Of a stretch of 64,000 nucleotides of DNA, positions 1 through 12,300 are shown in pieces (within the stretch, counting starts at the first letter, position 1; each line of letters begins with the position of its first letter). The position numbers were made by a program, and so were the translations under genes. The notes under the pieces are model-generated. The model made no database searches and had not been told where the DNA came from. It saw nothing but the letters and a program-made list of their open reading frames with translations. This DNA is from Octopus sinensis (Eukaryota). Location of the stretch: the NCBI RefSeq assembly GCF_006345805.1, contig NW_021833445.1, positions 1-64,000 on the forward strand, in the 5' to 3' direction.

Positions 1-1629
1 TAATACCTGCTTCCATGCGGCATGGGTTGGACGGTTTCAACTGGGGTCTGGGAAGGGCCAGGCGGCTGCACCAGGCGGCTGCACCAGGCTCAAATCTGAT
101 CTGGCAAGGTTTCTACAGCTGGATGCCTTTCCTAACGCCAACCACTCCATGAGTGTAGTGGGTGCTTTTTACGTGCCACCGGGACAGGTGCCAGGGGAGG
201 CTGGCAAACGGCCATGATCGGATGGTGCTTTTTATGTGCCACCGGCGGGGGCCAGGCGAGGCTGGCAAACGGCCATGATCGGATGGTGCTTTTTACGTGC
301 CACCGGCACGAGGCCAGTCGGGGTGGCACTAGCAACGATCATCATTTAATACCCGCTTTCCATGCTGGTATGGGTTGGACGGTTCGACCGGGTCTGGGAA
401 GCCAGGAGGCTGCACCAGGCTCAAATCTGATCTGGCAAGGTTTCTACAGCTGGATGCCTTTCCTAATGCCAACCACTCCGAGAGTGTAGTGGGTGTTTTT
501 TATGTACCACCGGCATGAGGGCCAACCATGTGGTTCTGGCAATGACCACACTCAAATGTTGTTTTTCATGTGGCACCGTCACAGGTGCCAGTACGGCAAT
601 GCTCGCAACGATCATGCTTGAATGGTGCTTTTAATGTTCCACCGATGTTGTCCAAGGGAAAGGCAAAGGGGCCGATACAGCTTGGCACCAGGGACATCAC
701 AACTCATCTCTACAACTGAATGAACTGGAGCAACGTGAAATAAAGTGTCTTGCTCAAGAACACAATACGCAGCTCGGTCCGAGAATCGAACTCACAACCT
801 ATATTTCTTTACTACCCACAAGGGGCTAAACACAGAGGGGACAAACAGGGACAGACAAAAACGGATTAAGTCGATTATATCGACCCCAGTGCGTAACTGG
901 TACTTAATTTATCGACCCCGAAAGGATGAAAGGCAAAGTTGACCTTGGCGGAATTTGAACTCAGAACGTAGCGGTAGACGAAATACCTATTTCTTTACTA
1001 CCCACAAGTCCAGGAATTGAACTCATTACCTCATGACTGTGAGCCCGGTGCTCTACCCACTGAGCTATGCATCTTGAAAAAAAGGGGTAAAGACCCCTTT
1101 TGGTCATGAATGGTCATGGGAATGGTATCATTATGCCTAAACGAAATATTTAATTTCAGATATTTAGAAAAGGCCAGCAATTTTGGAGGAGGAGGTAAGT
1201 CGATTTGATTGACCCCAGCATTCAGCTGGTACTTATTTTCTCGACCCCGAGAGGATGAAAGGCAAAGATGACCTCAATGGAATTTGGACTAAGCATTTTT
1301 TATATACATATACGACAGGCTTCTTTCAGTTTCCGTCTACCAAAAATCCACTCACAAGGCATTGGTCAACCCGAGGCTGTAGTAGAAGACACTTGCCCAA
1401 AGTTCCATGCAGTGGGACTGAACCCAGAACCATGTGGTTGGTAAGCAAGCTACTTACCACACAGCCACTCCTGCGTCTATGATTACCTTCTACATATATT
1501 TCCTGTTTAGCACTGGTGATGTTTTTTATATGAGGATGTACTCTTGTAATTGTTTGAGTGTTGGGTCCCTTGGGGGTTTGGATAAAATTTATATATTTAT
1601 TTATTTATTTATAAGCCATGAGAAACAGA

Positions 1630-2040
1630 AGGCGCAGGAGTGGCTGTGTGGTAAGTATCTTGCTAACCAACCACATGGTTCCGGGTTCAGTCCCACTGCA
1701 TGGCATCTTGGGCAAGTGTCTTCTACTATAGCCCGGCCGCCGACCAATGCCTTGTGAGTGGATTTGGTAGACGGAAACTGAAAGAAGCCCGTCATATATA
1801 TGTTATATATATTATAATGTGTGTGTGTGTGTAGTTTGTGTGGTGTGTGTTTGTCCCATAGCATTGCTTGAAAACCGATGCTGCTGGTGTGTTTGCGTCC
1901 CGTCACTTAGCGGTTCGGCAAAAGAGACCGATAGAATAAGTACGGGCTTACAAAGAATAAGTCCCGGGGTCGATTTGCTCGACTAAAGGCGGTGCTCCAG
2001 CATGGCTGCAGTCAAAATGACTGAAACAAGTAAAAGAGAT
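1630..2040 (+). mobile_element. Family A tRNA-derived SINE with fixed internal (TA)n(TG)n microsatellite
   Basis: GGCGCAGGAGTGGCTGTGTGG (A box) ... GGTTCAGTCCC (B box) ... CTTGGGCAAGTG; tail AAGTAAAAGAG. Other copies/halves at ~1310-1480(-), 3920-4125, 6275-6435(-), 30394-30560, 35545-35680(-), 36440-36600, 37228-37370, 46515-46700(-), 56220-56415, 59195-59395, 59410-59578(-). Confidence 0.9.
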
Positions 2041-2069
2041 AGGTATATATATATATATATATATATCGC

Positions 2070-2470
2070 AGGCGCAGGAGTGGCTGTGTGGTAGTAGCTT
2101 GCTAACCAATCACATGGTTCGGGTCAGTCCCACTGCGTGGCATCTTGGGCAAGGTCTTCTGCTATAGCCCCGGGCCGACCAATGCCTTGTGAGTGGATGT
2201 GGTAGACGGAAAACTGAAAAGAAGCCTGTCGTATATATGTATGTGTGTGTGTGTTTGTGTGTGTTGTGTGTTTTGTCCCCCTAGCATTGCTTGACAACCG
2301 ATGCTGGTGTGTTTACGTCCCCGTCACTTAGCGGTTCGGCAAAAAAAGACCGATAGAATAAGTACTGGGCTTACAAAAAGAATGAGTCCCGGGGTCGAGT
2401 TGCTCAACTAAAAGGCGGTGCTCCAGCATGGCCGCAGTCAAAATGACTGAAACAAGTAAAAGAATAAAAG
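2070..2470 (+). mobile_element. Family A SINE
   Basis: Full copy adjacent to 1630-2040. Confidence 0.9.
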
Positions 2471-3187
2471 AATATGTATATATGTGTGTGTATATATATA
2501 TATGGGAATGACCAACTTTAAGAGAATCTTACATTGCTTATAAACTCTATTTCTGGATGGACTCATATTAAACTCTGTTGGACTTTAGGACTTTACTCAA
2601 AGGATATTGGAATATTACACATATATACCATTATGTGGTAATATATATTTTTTTCAGAAATTCAAAGTTGTGACCAGACCACAGAGTGACCTAGAAAGTG
2701 CTTTACAGGTGCAAAAACCAATGGTCACGCTATGACAAGCCATAACGTTCAACTTCCTAAAAAGTAGATTAGAGTTTTAATACTCCAGAGTGTGTCTTTT
2801 CCCCAGATATATGAACTACTGACACACACACACACACTTGTTTCTTTGTTTGTTCTGGGATTATGTAATTAACCTAACCCCTAACCCCCAAATCACAAAT
2901 GTTTTTCCATCAAAGAATAACATCACGAAGCTATTTACTTTATGAAAACAAATCAACTCAAGACATTTTTTTTTTATTTGTTACTAAGAGAAGCGGTCCA
3001 CAAAGTTGGGTGTACGTACACTTCTTTCTCTAAGTGCATCTGTGGTTGCTGTGTGGTTAGAAGCTTGCTTGCTAACTGTTTCGTTCTGGGTTCAATCCCG
3101 CGAGGTGGCAATTTAAGCAAATTTCTTTTGTTTTTTAGATAGAAACTAAAAAAAATGCCTGTTGTATATACACATTTATATCTATAT

Positions 3188-3565
3188 AGGAGTGGCTGTG
3201 TGGTAAGTAGCTTGCTTACCAACCACATGGTTCCGGGTTCAGTCCCACTGCATGGCACCTTGGGCAAGTGTCTTCTGCTATAGCCCCGAGCCGACCAAAG
3301 CCTTGTGAGTGGATTTGGTAGACGGAAACTGAAAGAAGCCTGTCGTATATATGTATATATATATGTGTGTGTGTGTTTGTCACCCTAGCATTGCTTGACA
3401 ACCGATGCTGGTGTGTTTATGTCCCTGTCACTTAGTGGTTCGGCAAAAGAGACCGATAGAATAAGTACTAGGCTTACAAACAATAAGTCCCGGGTCAATT
3501 TGCTCGACTAAAGGCGATGCTCCAGCATGGCCGCAGTCAAATGACTGAAACAAGTAAAAGAGAAA
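3188..3565 (+). mobile_element. Family A SINE
   Basis: Full copy. Confidence 0.9.
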
Positions 3566-3572
3566 AAATATA

Positions 3573-3909
3573 CTAGCAGTATAGCCTGGCTTTGCTCGGG
3601 TTTGTTTTTTAGTTGTGCTTAAAACGGCAAACTTTGATGTTGCGTTAACAAAGTTTTGACATAGTTTCAATGTATTTTGAAAAGTAAAAATTTTGCATTC
3701 TGTAGCTTGTTATTCTCTTTAAGTGAACAGTTTTCTGGTTGAAATACACTGAAAAATGGTGACACAGCAGTCAAAAAATTGTAAAAAATAGGGATTTTCA
3801 TAGAAAAAAAGGACCTTTTTGATGTAAATAATTTTTGGTGTTAACATGGTCCAATTTGAAGGCTACCAAACCTGCCACACACAGACAACTTCAGTTTTAT
3901 ATGTATAGA
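3573..3909 (-). mobile_element. Non-autonomous Helitron
   Basis: Minus strand A|TCTATAC... 5' end; 3' CCCGAGCAAAGCCAGG hairpin then CTAG|T. Confidence 0.75.
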
Positions 3910-4129
3910 TATATGGGTCTTTTTGTTTGTGTTTGTCCCCTACCACTGCTTGACAACGAATGCTGGTGTGTTTACGTCCCCGTAACTTAGCGGTTCAGCA
4001 AAAGATATCAATAGAATAAGTACTAGGCTTACAAAGAATAAGTCCTGGGGCCGATTTGCTCGGGCAAAAGGCGGTGCTCCAGCATGGCCACAGTCAAATG
4101 ACCCAAACAAGTAAAAGAGTAAAAGAGAG

Positions 4130-4167
<38 letters not shown>

Positions 4168-4510
4168 TGTGTATATATATATATATATATATACGTATAC
4201 ATATATATATATATCCGATCGTGGCTGTTGCCAACCTTGCCTCGACCCCATGCCGGTGGCACGTAAAAAGCACCATCCGTCCGTGGCCGTTTGCCAGCCA
4301 CATTTAGCACCTGTGCTGGTGGCACGTAAAAAGCACCCGCTACACTCACTGAGTGGTTGGCGTTAGGAAGGGCATCCAGCCGTAGAAACACTGCCAGATC
4401 AGACTGGGGCCTGGTGCAGCCTTCTGGCTTCCCAGACCCCAGTTGAACCGTCCAACCCATGCTAACATGGAAAGCGGACGCTAAATGATGATGATGATGA
4501 TGATGATATG

Positions 4511-4546
<36 letters not shown>

Positions 4547-4863
4547 GTGAGGGTGCGTGGCTTAGTGGTTAGGGCATTCGGCTCATGATCGTAAGGTTGT
4601 GAGTTCGATCCCGGCGACGCGTTGTGTCCTTGAGCAAGACACTTATTTCACGTTGCTCCGTCCACTCAGCTGGCAAAATGAGTTGTACTTGTATTTAAAG
4701 GGTCAGCCTTGTCACTCTCTGTGTCACGCTGATTATCCCCGAGAACCACGTTAAGGGTACACGTGTCTGTGGAATGCTCAGCCATTGCACGTTATTCACG
4801 AGCAAGCTGTTCCGTTGATCGTATCAGCTGGGACCCTCGCGTTCGTAAACCGGCAGAGTCTTT
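4547..4863 (+). mobile_element. Family C SINE (different tRNA head + CORE-like TGTCCTTGAGCAAGACAC + tail X)
   Basis: Head GGTGCGTGGCTTAGTGG...GAGTTCGATCCC. Confidence 0.86.
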
Positions 4864-5302
4864 AAAAAAAAAAAAAAAAAAAAATATATATATATAATGT
4901 ATCTAATATATATATGCACATGTATATATATATATATATAACACACACACACACAAACATGTGCATACACACATAGATATATGAAGAGCTAACAAGGCTT
5001 GTTATTTTAAGCACACTGATCCAATGTAAGCACAGTATATAGTTTCCACTGTCATGAAAGTTCATCAGTTTAACCTTTAACCCTCCATCCTCACCCTCCG
5101 TCCGTCTGTCTGTCTGTCTGTCTCTCACTGCCTCTCTCTCTCTCTGTCTCTCTCTGAGAGGAATGCAGCAAGTATTTAGGCAATATCACATCCCCCACAC
5201 GCACCCACCCACCTTCTTCCTTCACCTTTGACCTTTGAACTTTAAAACAAATTCTTTAATATTCACCAGTAAAAGAGTAAAGAGGGAGAGACATTTATAT
5301 CT

Positions 5303-5538
5303 ACATTATTTACATTATTTACATTTGATGGATATTTGTCCTCATCTTGTTTGTTGTTAACACAACGTTTCGGCTGATATACCCTCCAGCCTTCTTCAGG
5401 TGTCTTGGGAAAATTTCAAACCTGGGTTCTCATTCCTAAGGTATTTTTCGATGTTATTACTATTATTATTATTCAGGTCATTGCTTGGAATCGAACTTGG
5501 AATCTTGGGGTTAGTAGCCTGTACTCTTAACCACTAAG
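5303..5538 (-). mobile_element. tRNA-headed short element carrying a minimal hammerhead ribozyme (family F), near-intact copy
   Basis: Minus strand: CTTAGTGGTTAAGAG...GTTCGATTCC (A/B-box-like head), short (TAA)n, then GACAC CTGAAGA A GGCTG-gagggtatat-CAGCC GAAAC GTT GTGTT (5404-5359). Confidence 0.8.
5359..5404 (-). ncRNA. Minimal type I hammerhead ribozyme motif (Penelope-type, palindromic helix III)
   Basis: CUGAAGA core, extra A, 5-bp helix II GGCUG/CAGCC, GAAA, loopless AACGUU helix III, GUU cleavage triplet, 5-bp helix I GACAC/GUGUU; activity untested. Confidence 0.72.
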
Positions 5539-5544
5539 TTATAT

Positions 5545-5630
5545 CATCGAAAAATACCTTAGGAATAAGAACCCAGGTTCGAAATTTCTCCAAGACACCT
5601 GATGAAGGCTGGAGGGTATATTAGCTGAAA
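5545..5630 (+). mobile_element. Inverted partial copy of the family F body (degenerate hammerhead CTGATGA...GAAA)
   Basis: Reverse-complement match to ~5370-5455; truncated after GAAA. Confidence 0.75.
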
Positions 5631-5783
5631 GTCTCTTTCCACACAGTTAAGTCTGTGCATGTTTTTGCTCAATAAACACTCACAACGCCCGGTCTGGGAA
5701 TCGAAACCACGATCCTACAACTGCAAGTCCACTGTCCTAACCACTGGGCCATTGCACCTCCACACACACACACACGCACATAT

Positions 5784-5960
5784 ATAGGGAGAGTTTACGA
5801 AAAAAATAAAAGACGAAGCCATGTGGTGTACAAATCAAACAGATGTATTAGTATAATGCTCAGGAATTGAAAAAAGTCTTTTACATTTCGAGCGTACGCT
5901 CTTCTACAGAAAGGGACACAGACAAAACAAGGAGAGAAAAAAAGGAGAGAAAAAAAGGAG
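5784..5960 (-). mobile_element. Penelope-like short repeat (family G) with variant hammerhead motif at 5878-5913
   Basis: Minus strand CTTT CTGTAGA A GAGC-gtac-GCTC GAAA TGTA AAAG; homologous to 52875-53020. Confidence 0.6.
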
Positions 5961-5962
5961 AG

Positions 5963-5997
<35 letters not shown>

Positions 5998-6464
5998 CGT
6001 ACCCAGTAACACTAAGCTCAATGTTCGTCAACCTAGCTGTCTTATATTCAGCATAATGAAGCTGTCAAAGTCGTCGACCTCTCTGTTCACCTATTTGTCC
6101 TCTCTCACTCTATCTAGCTCTCTGTTACCGCCTCTCCTCTCTCTCCCCTTTTCTTTCTTTCTCTGTCTTTCAGTCTGTTTTTCCCTCGCTCTCTCTCACT
6201 ACTCCCCACCACCTTCATATATAAATATATATGTATGCATAGCCATCCGTACTCACCTGTAAAAGTATAGATGTATGTATATGTTTCAACTCAAAGGCTG
6301 TGGCCATGCTGGAGCACCGCCTTTAGTCGAGCAAATCGACCCCAGGTACTTATTCTATCGGTCTCTTTAGCCGAACCGCTATGTTACGGGGACATAAACA
6401 CACCAGCATCGGTTGTCAAGCGATGTTGGACACACAAACACACACACACACACACACATATATA

Positions 6465-6637
6465 TAGGTGCATGAGTGACTGTGTGGTAAGTAGCTTGCT
6501 TACCAACCACATGGTTCCAGGTTCAGTCCCACTGCGTGGCACCTTGGGCAAGTGTCTTCTTCTATAGCCTCGGGGTGACCAAACCCTCGTGAGTGGATTT
6601 GGTAGATGGAAACTGGAAGAAGCCTATCGTATATATG

Positions 6638-6684
<47 letters not shown>

Positions 6685-6872
6685 TGTGTTTGTGTGTCTG
6701 TGTTTGTTCCCCCGATGCTGGTGTGTTTACGTCCCCGCAACTTAGCAGTTCGGCAAAAGAGACCGATAGAATAAGTACTAGGCTTACAAAGAATAAGTCC
6801 TGTGGTCGATTTGTTCTACTAAAGGCGGTGCTCCAGCATGGCTGCAGTCAAATGACTGAAAAAAGTAAAAGA
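6465..6872 (+). mobile_element. Family A SINE
   Basis: Full copy. Confidence 0.88.
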
Positions 6873-6875
6873 GTA

Positions 6876-6913
<38 letters not shown>

Positions 6914-6957
6914 TATATATAAAATGAAGAAAATGCTGACAAAATAATTTAAGTAAG

Positions 6958-7091
6958 GGAACTCTTACTCTCTCTCTCTCTCTCCCTCTCCGCCACTCAA
7001 CACTTCTAGGCTTTCTATTCCCTACAGTAGGGAAATAGAAAGCCTAGAAGTGTTGAGTGGCGGAGAGGGAGAGGGAGAGAGTAAGAGTTCC
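6958..7091. repeat. Near-perfect ~65-bp-arm palindrome
   Basis: GGAACTCTTACTC...TTCCCTAC a GTAGGGAAA...GAGTAAGAGTTCC. Confidence 0.9.
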
Positions 7092-7133
7092 TTTTTTTTA
7101 TATATCACAACTCGTGTTCCACATCTCCTTTTT

Positions 7134-7182
<49 letters not shown>

Positions 7183-7269
7183 CAACAATTGAGGGTAAAA
7201 ATTGATTAATTATTAATCAATTTCACCAAGTATTCAGTATGTAAAGGGACCATTATAGGCGAATTCAAA

Positions 7270-7380
7270 ATATTACATTATATATAAGGGCTTAGTAAAA
7301 TAAATTACTTTGCCACATACTGAACTCATTAGTTCAGTATGTGGCAAAGTAATTTATTTACTAAGCCCTTATATATAATG

Positions 7381-7385
<5 letters not shown>
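7270..7385. repeat. Near-perfect ~56-bp-arm palindrome
   Basis: ATTACATT...CATACTGAACT catt AGTTCAGTATG...AATGTAAT. Confidence 0.9.
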
Positions 7386-7419
<34 letters not shown>

Positions 7420-7476
7420 TGTGTGCTTGTATACACACACACACATACACACACACATACACATACACACACACAT

Positions 7477-7513
<37 letters not shown>

Positions 7514-7899
7514 CATGTGCGTACAAAAGTACACACCCGTTTGTATGCGAGAGACAGTAAGAGAGAGAGAGAGAGAGAGAAAGTGAGAGACGAATGTATG
7601 TCTCTATATATAACACAATATGTATGTCAACGAATACATATATATATATACACACGCACACACAGATACACATATACATATATATATATATATAGACACC
7701 TACAACCATATATATTCCCATACGTGTGACACACACTCAAGTATCTACACACAGACCTATATATCACTGTGTATCTATAATATACTCCACTTAATAATCC
7801 CCATTTAATATCAACTAGGTCGTCTGCCTGTCAACTTCCCTGTCGTCTGCCTTGAGTCTCTACATACTTTTTTCACTGTTGTAAGTTTTTCAAAAGTTT

Positions 7900-8900
7900 T
7901 CATATTCTAAATCTCTTTATCTCGCTTTCTTTCCTTCCGTTATTCTCCTTCTTTATCTCTTTCTCTTTTTCATTCAAATATTTCTTTCTCTCATTCAATT
8001 ATTTTCGCTTTTTTTTTTCTATCGTTCGTTCCTTCGTTTACAACTTTCGTCTGTTTTTTTCTTCAATTTTCCCCACTTTTTCGTCCCTTCCTTTTCTTTC
8101 TTTCTTTCTTTTTTCCTTCTTTCTTTCTTCCTTTTTTCCTTCTTTACCTTCTTTCTTTCTTCCTTTTTTCTTCTTTTTCTTTCTTTCTTTCTTCCTTTTT
8201 CCTTCTTTTCCTTTCATTCTTTCCCTCTTAAATTTTTTCTTTTCTCTTTCTCTACTTCCCTTTCTTTCCCTTTTCTCTTTCATTCCTTTCCCCTTCTTTC
8301 TTTCATTTCGTTTTTCTTTTCTCCTTTTTTTTGTTTCCTTCGTTTTTTTTTCTTTTTCTTTCTTCTTTTCTTTCTTTCTTTCTTCCTTTTTCCTTCTTTC
8401 CTCTTAATTTCCCTTTTCTTTTATTACTTCTTTCTTTTCGCTTTCATTCCTTTTCCCTTTCATTTCGTTTTTCTTTCCTTTTTCTTTTGCTTTTCCTATC
8501 GTTTTCTTTCCTTTTTTCTTTCCTTCCTTCCTTTTTCTTTCTTTCTTCCTTCCTTCTTTTCTTCTTTTCCTTTCATTCTTTCCTTCTTAATTTTTCCTTT
8601 TCTCTTTCTTTACTTCTTTCTCTTTTCCCTTTCATTTCGTTTTTCTTTTCTTTTTCTTTCCTTTTTCTTTTTGTTTTTTCCTATCGTTTTTCTTTCCTTT
8701 TTTCTTTCCTTCCTTCCTTTTTCTTTCTTTCTTCCTTCCTTCCTTTTTCCTTCTTTTCCTTTCATTCTTTCCTTCTTAATTTTTCCTTTTCTCTTTCTTT
8801 ACTTCTTTTTCTTTCTCTTTTCGCTTTCATTCCTTTCCTCTTCTTTCTTTCATTTCGGTTTTCTTTTTCTTTTTGTTTTTCCTTTCGTTTTTTGTCCTCT
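7900..8900. repeat. ~1-kb polypyrimidine low-complexity tract with internal ~185-bp duplication
   Basis: Almost pure C/T; CCTATCGTTTT recurs at ~8495 and ~8680. Confidence 0.85.
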
Positions 8901-9359
8901 TTCCTTCTTGTTTAACCCCAGGTCAGTCCTAATCCTCTAGACTTAGGATCTAAGATGTTTCCAGCTTCGGCCGTTGCATTCTGTATTTTCATTAAGAAAC
9001 GCACAGTGTATCTAGGACTCCATTTTCTAATGTGCCCTTCATTTTTTAAACAGTGAGGTGTAATTATATGATATAGCTGCTATTGAGTGACTTTGGGTGA
9101 CCGCTCTGGGGCTCAAACGTTGATGTCTTGATCATGTTATTTAACCCCTGGTCAATCCTGATCCAGCAGACCTATGATCAGAGATGTTCCAATTGTGACC
9201 ATCCTGCCTATTATTAAGGCATATTTTTGCTGTTTAGCCCAAGGTTAGTTTTACACACTAGCGTAGCTAGAGTGTGTGCCGCCCGGGGCTGCCCCTCCGT
9301 TTGCCGCCCCTGAATCAGCCCCTCAAAAAAAAAAAAACACATTGCCTACAGCAGACCCT

Positions 9360-12300
9360 AAGTGTCTTTATTCAGGCATAGTATATCTAGGACTACATTA
9401 TCTAATGTGTCCTTCCTTGTTGTGTAGCCACAGGTCAGTCCTGATCCAGCAGACCTATGATCAAAGATGTTCCAGCTGTGACCATCCTGTCTTTCATTCA
9501 GACAATGTGTATCTAGGACTACATTATCTAATGTGCCTTCCTTGTTGTTTAGCCCCAGGTCAGTCCTGATCCAGCAGACTATGATCAAAGATGTTCCAGC
9601 TGTGACCATCCTGTCTTTCATTCAGGCATAGTGTCTCTAGGACTACATTATCTAATGTGTCCTTCCTTGTTGTGTAGCACAGGTCAGTCTGATCCAGCAG
9701 ACCTATGATCAAAGATGTTCCAGCTGTGACCATCTGTCTTCATTCAGGCATAATGTATCTAGGACTACATTATCTAATGTGTCCTTCCTTGTTGTGTAGC
9801 CACAGGTCAGTCCTGATCCAGACAGACCCATGATCAAAGATGTTCCAGCTGTGACCATCCTGTCTTTCATTCAGACATTGTGTATCTAGGACTACATTAT
9901 CTAATGTGTCCTTCCTTGTTGTGTAGCCACAGGTCAGTCCTGATCCAGCAGACCTATGATCAAAGATGTTCCAGCTGTGACCATCCTGTCTTTCATTCAG
10001 GCATAATGTATCTAGGACTACATTATCTAATGTGTCCTTCTTGTTGTTTAGCCACAGGTCAGTCCTGATCCAGCAGACCTATGATCAAAGATGTTCCAGC
10101 TTGACCATCCTGTCTTTTATTCAGACATTGTGTATCTAGGACTACATTATCTAATGTGTCCTTCCTTGTTGTTTAGCCACAGGTCAGTCCTGATCCAGCA
10201 GACCTATGATCAAGATGTTCCAGCTGTGACCATCCTGTCTTTTATTCAGACATGTGTATCTAGGACTACATTATCTAATGTGTCCTTCCTTGTTGTTTAG
10301 CACAGGTCAGTCCTGATCCAGCAGACCTATGATCAAAGATGTTCAGCTGTGACCATCCTGTCTTTTATTCAGACATTGTGTATCTAGGACTACATTATCT
10401 AATGTGTCCTTCCTTGTTGTTTAGCCACAGGTCAGTCCTGATCCAGCAGACCTATGATCAAAGATGTTCCAGCTGTGACATCCTGTCTTTTATTCAGACA
10501 TTGTGTATCTAGGACTACATTATCTAATGTGTCCTTCCTTGTTGTTTAGCCACAGGTCAGTCCTGATCCAGCAGACCTATGATCAAAGAGTTCCAGCTGT
10601 GACCATCCGTCTTTCATTCAGAATTGTGTATCTAGGACTACATTATCTAATGTGTCCTTCCTGGTTGTTTAGCCCCAGGTCAGTCCTGATCCAGCAGACC
10701 TATGATCAAAGATGTTCCTGTGACATCCTGTCTTTCATTCAGACATTGTGTATCTAGGACTACATTATCTAATGTGCCTTCCTTGTTGTTTAGCCCCAGG
10801 TCAGTCCTGATCCAGTAGACCTATGATCAAAGATGTTCCAGCTGTGACCATCCTGTCTTTTATTCAGGCATAGTGTATCTAGGACTACATTATCTAATGT
10901 GTCCTTCCTTGTTGTGTAGCCACAGGTCAGTCCTGATCCAGCAGACCTATGATCAAAGATGTTCCAGCTGTGACCATCCTGTCTTTCATTCAGACATTGT
11001 GTATCTAGGACTACATTATCTAATGTGCCTTCCTTGTTGTTTAGCCACAGGTCAGTCCTGATCCAGCAGACCTATGATCAAAGATGTTCCAGCTGTGACC
11101 ATCCTGTCTTTCATTCAGGCATAATGTATCTAGGACTACATTATCTAATGTGTCCTTCCTTGTTGTGTAGCCACAGGTCAGTCCTGATCCAGTAGACCTA
11201 TGATCAAAGATGTTCCAGCTGTGACCATCCTGTTTTTATTCAGACATGGTGTATCTAGGACTACATTATAATGTGTCCTTCCTTGTGTTTAGCCACAGGT
11301 CAGTCCTGATCCAGCAGACCTATGATCAAAGATGTTCCAGCTGTGACCATCCTGTCTTTCATTCAGGCATAATGTATCTAGGACTACATTATCTAATGTG
11401 TCCTTCCTTGTTGTGTAGCCACAGGTCAGTCCTGATCCAGCAGACCTATGATCAAAGATGTTCCAGCTGTGACCATCCTGTCTTTCATTCAGGCATAGTG
11501 TATCTAGGACTACATTATCTAATGTGTCCTTCCTTGTTGTGTAGCCACAGGTCAGTCCTGATCCAGCAGACCTATGATCAAAGATGTTCCAGCTGTGACC
11601 ATCCTGTCTTTCATTCAGGCATAATGTATCTAGGACTACATTATCTAATGTGCCTTCCTTGTTGTTTAGCCACAGGTCAGTCCTGATCCAGCAGACCTAT
11701 GATCAAAGATGTTCCAGCTGTGACCATCCTGTCTTTTATTCAGACATTGTGTATCTAGGACTACATTATCTAATGTGTCCTTCCTTGTTGTTTAGCCACA
11801 GGTCAGTCCTGATCCAGCAGACCTATGATCAAAGATGTTCCAGCTGTGACCATCCTGTCTTTCATTCAGACATTGTGTATCTAGGACTACATTATCTAAT
11901 GTGTCCTTCCTTGTTGTGTAGCCACAGGTCAGTCCTGATCCAGCAGACCTATGATCAAAGATGTTCCAGCTGTGACCATCCTGTCTTTCATTCAGGCATA
12001 GTGTATCTAGGACTACATTATCTAATGTGTCCTTCCTTGTTGTGTAGCCCCAGGTCAGTCCTGATCCAGCAGACTATGATCAAAGATGTTCCAGCTGTGA
12101 CCATCCTGTCTTTCATTCAGGCATAGTGTATCTAGGACTACATTATCTAATGTGTCCTTCCTTGTTGTTTAGCCCCAGGTCAGTCCTGATCCAGACTGAC
12201 CTATGATCAAAGATGTTCCAGCTGTGACATCCTGTCTTTCATTCAGGCATAGTGTATCTAGGAACATTATCTAATGTGTCCTTCCTGTTGTTTAGCCCCA

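Noticed and set aside
2656-2740. Possible terminal exon (TTTTCAG|KFKVVTRPQSDLESALQVQKPMVTL*)
   Set aside because: No homology recognised and no partner exons in the window.
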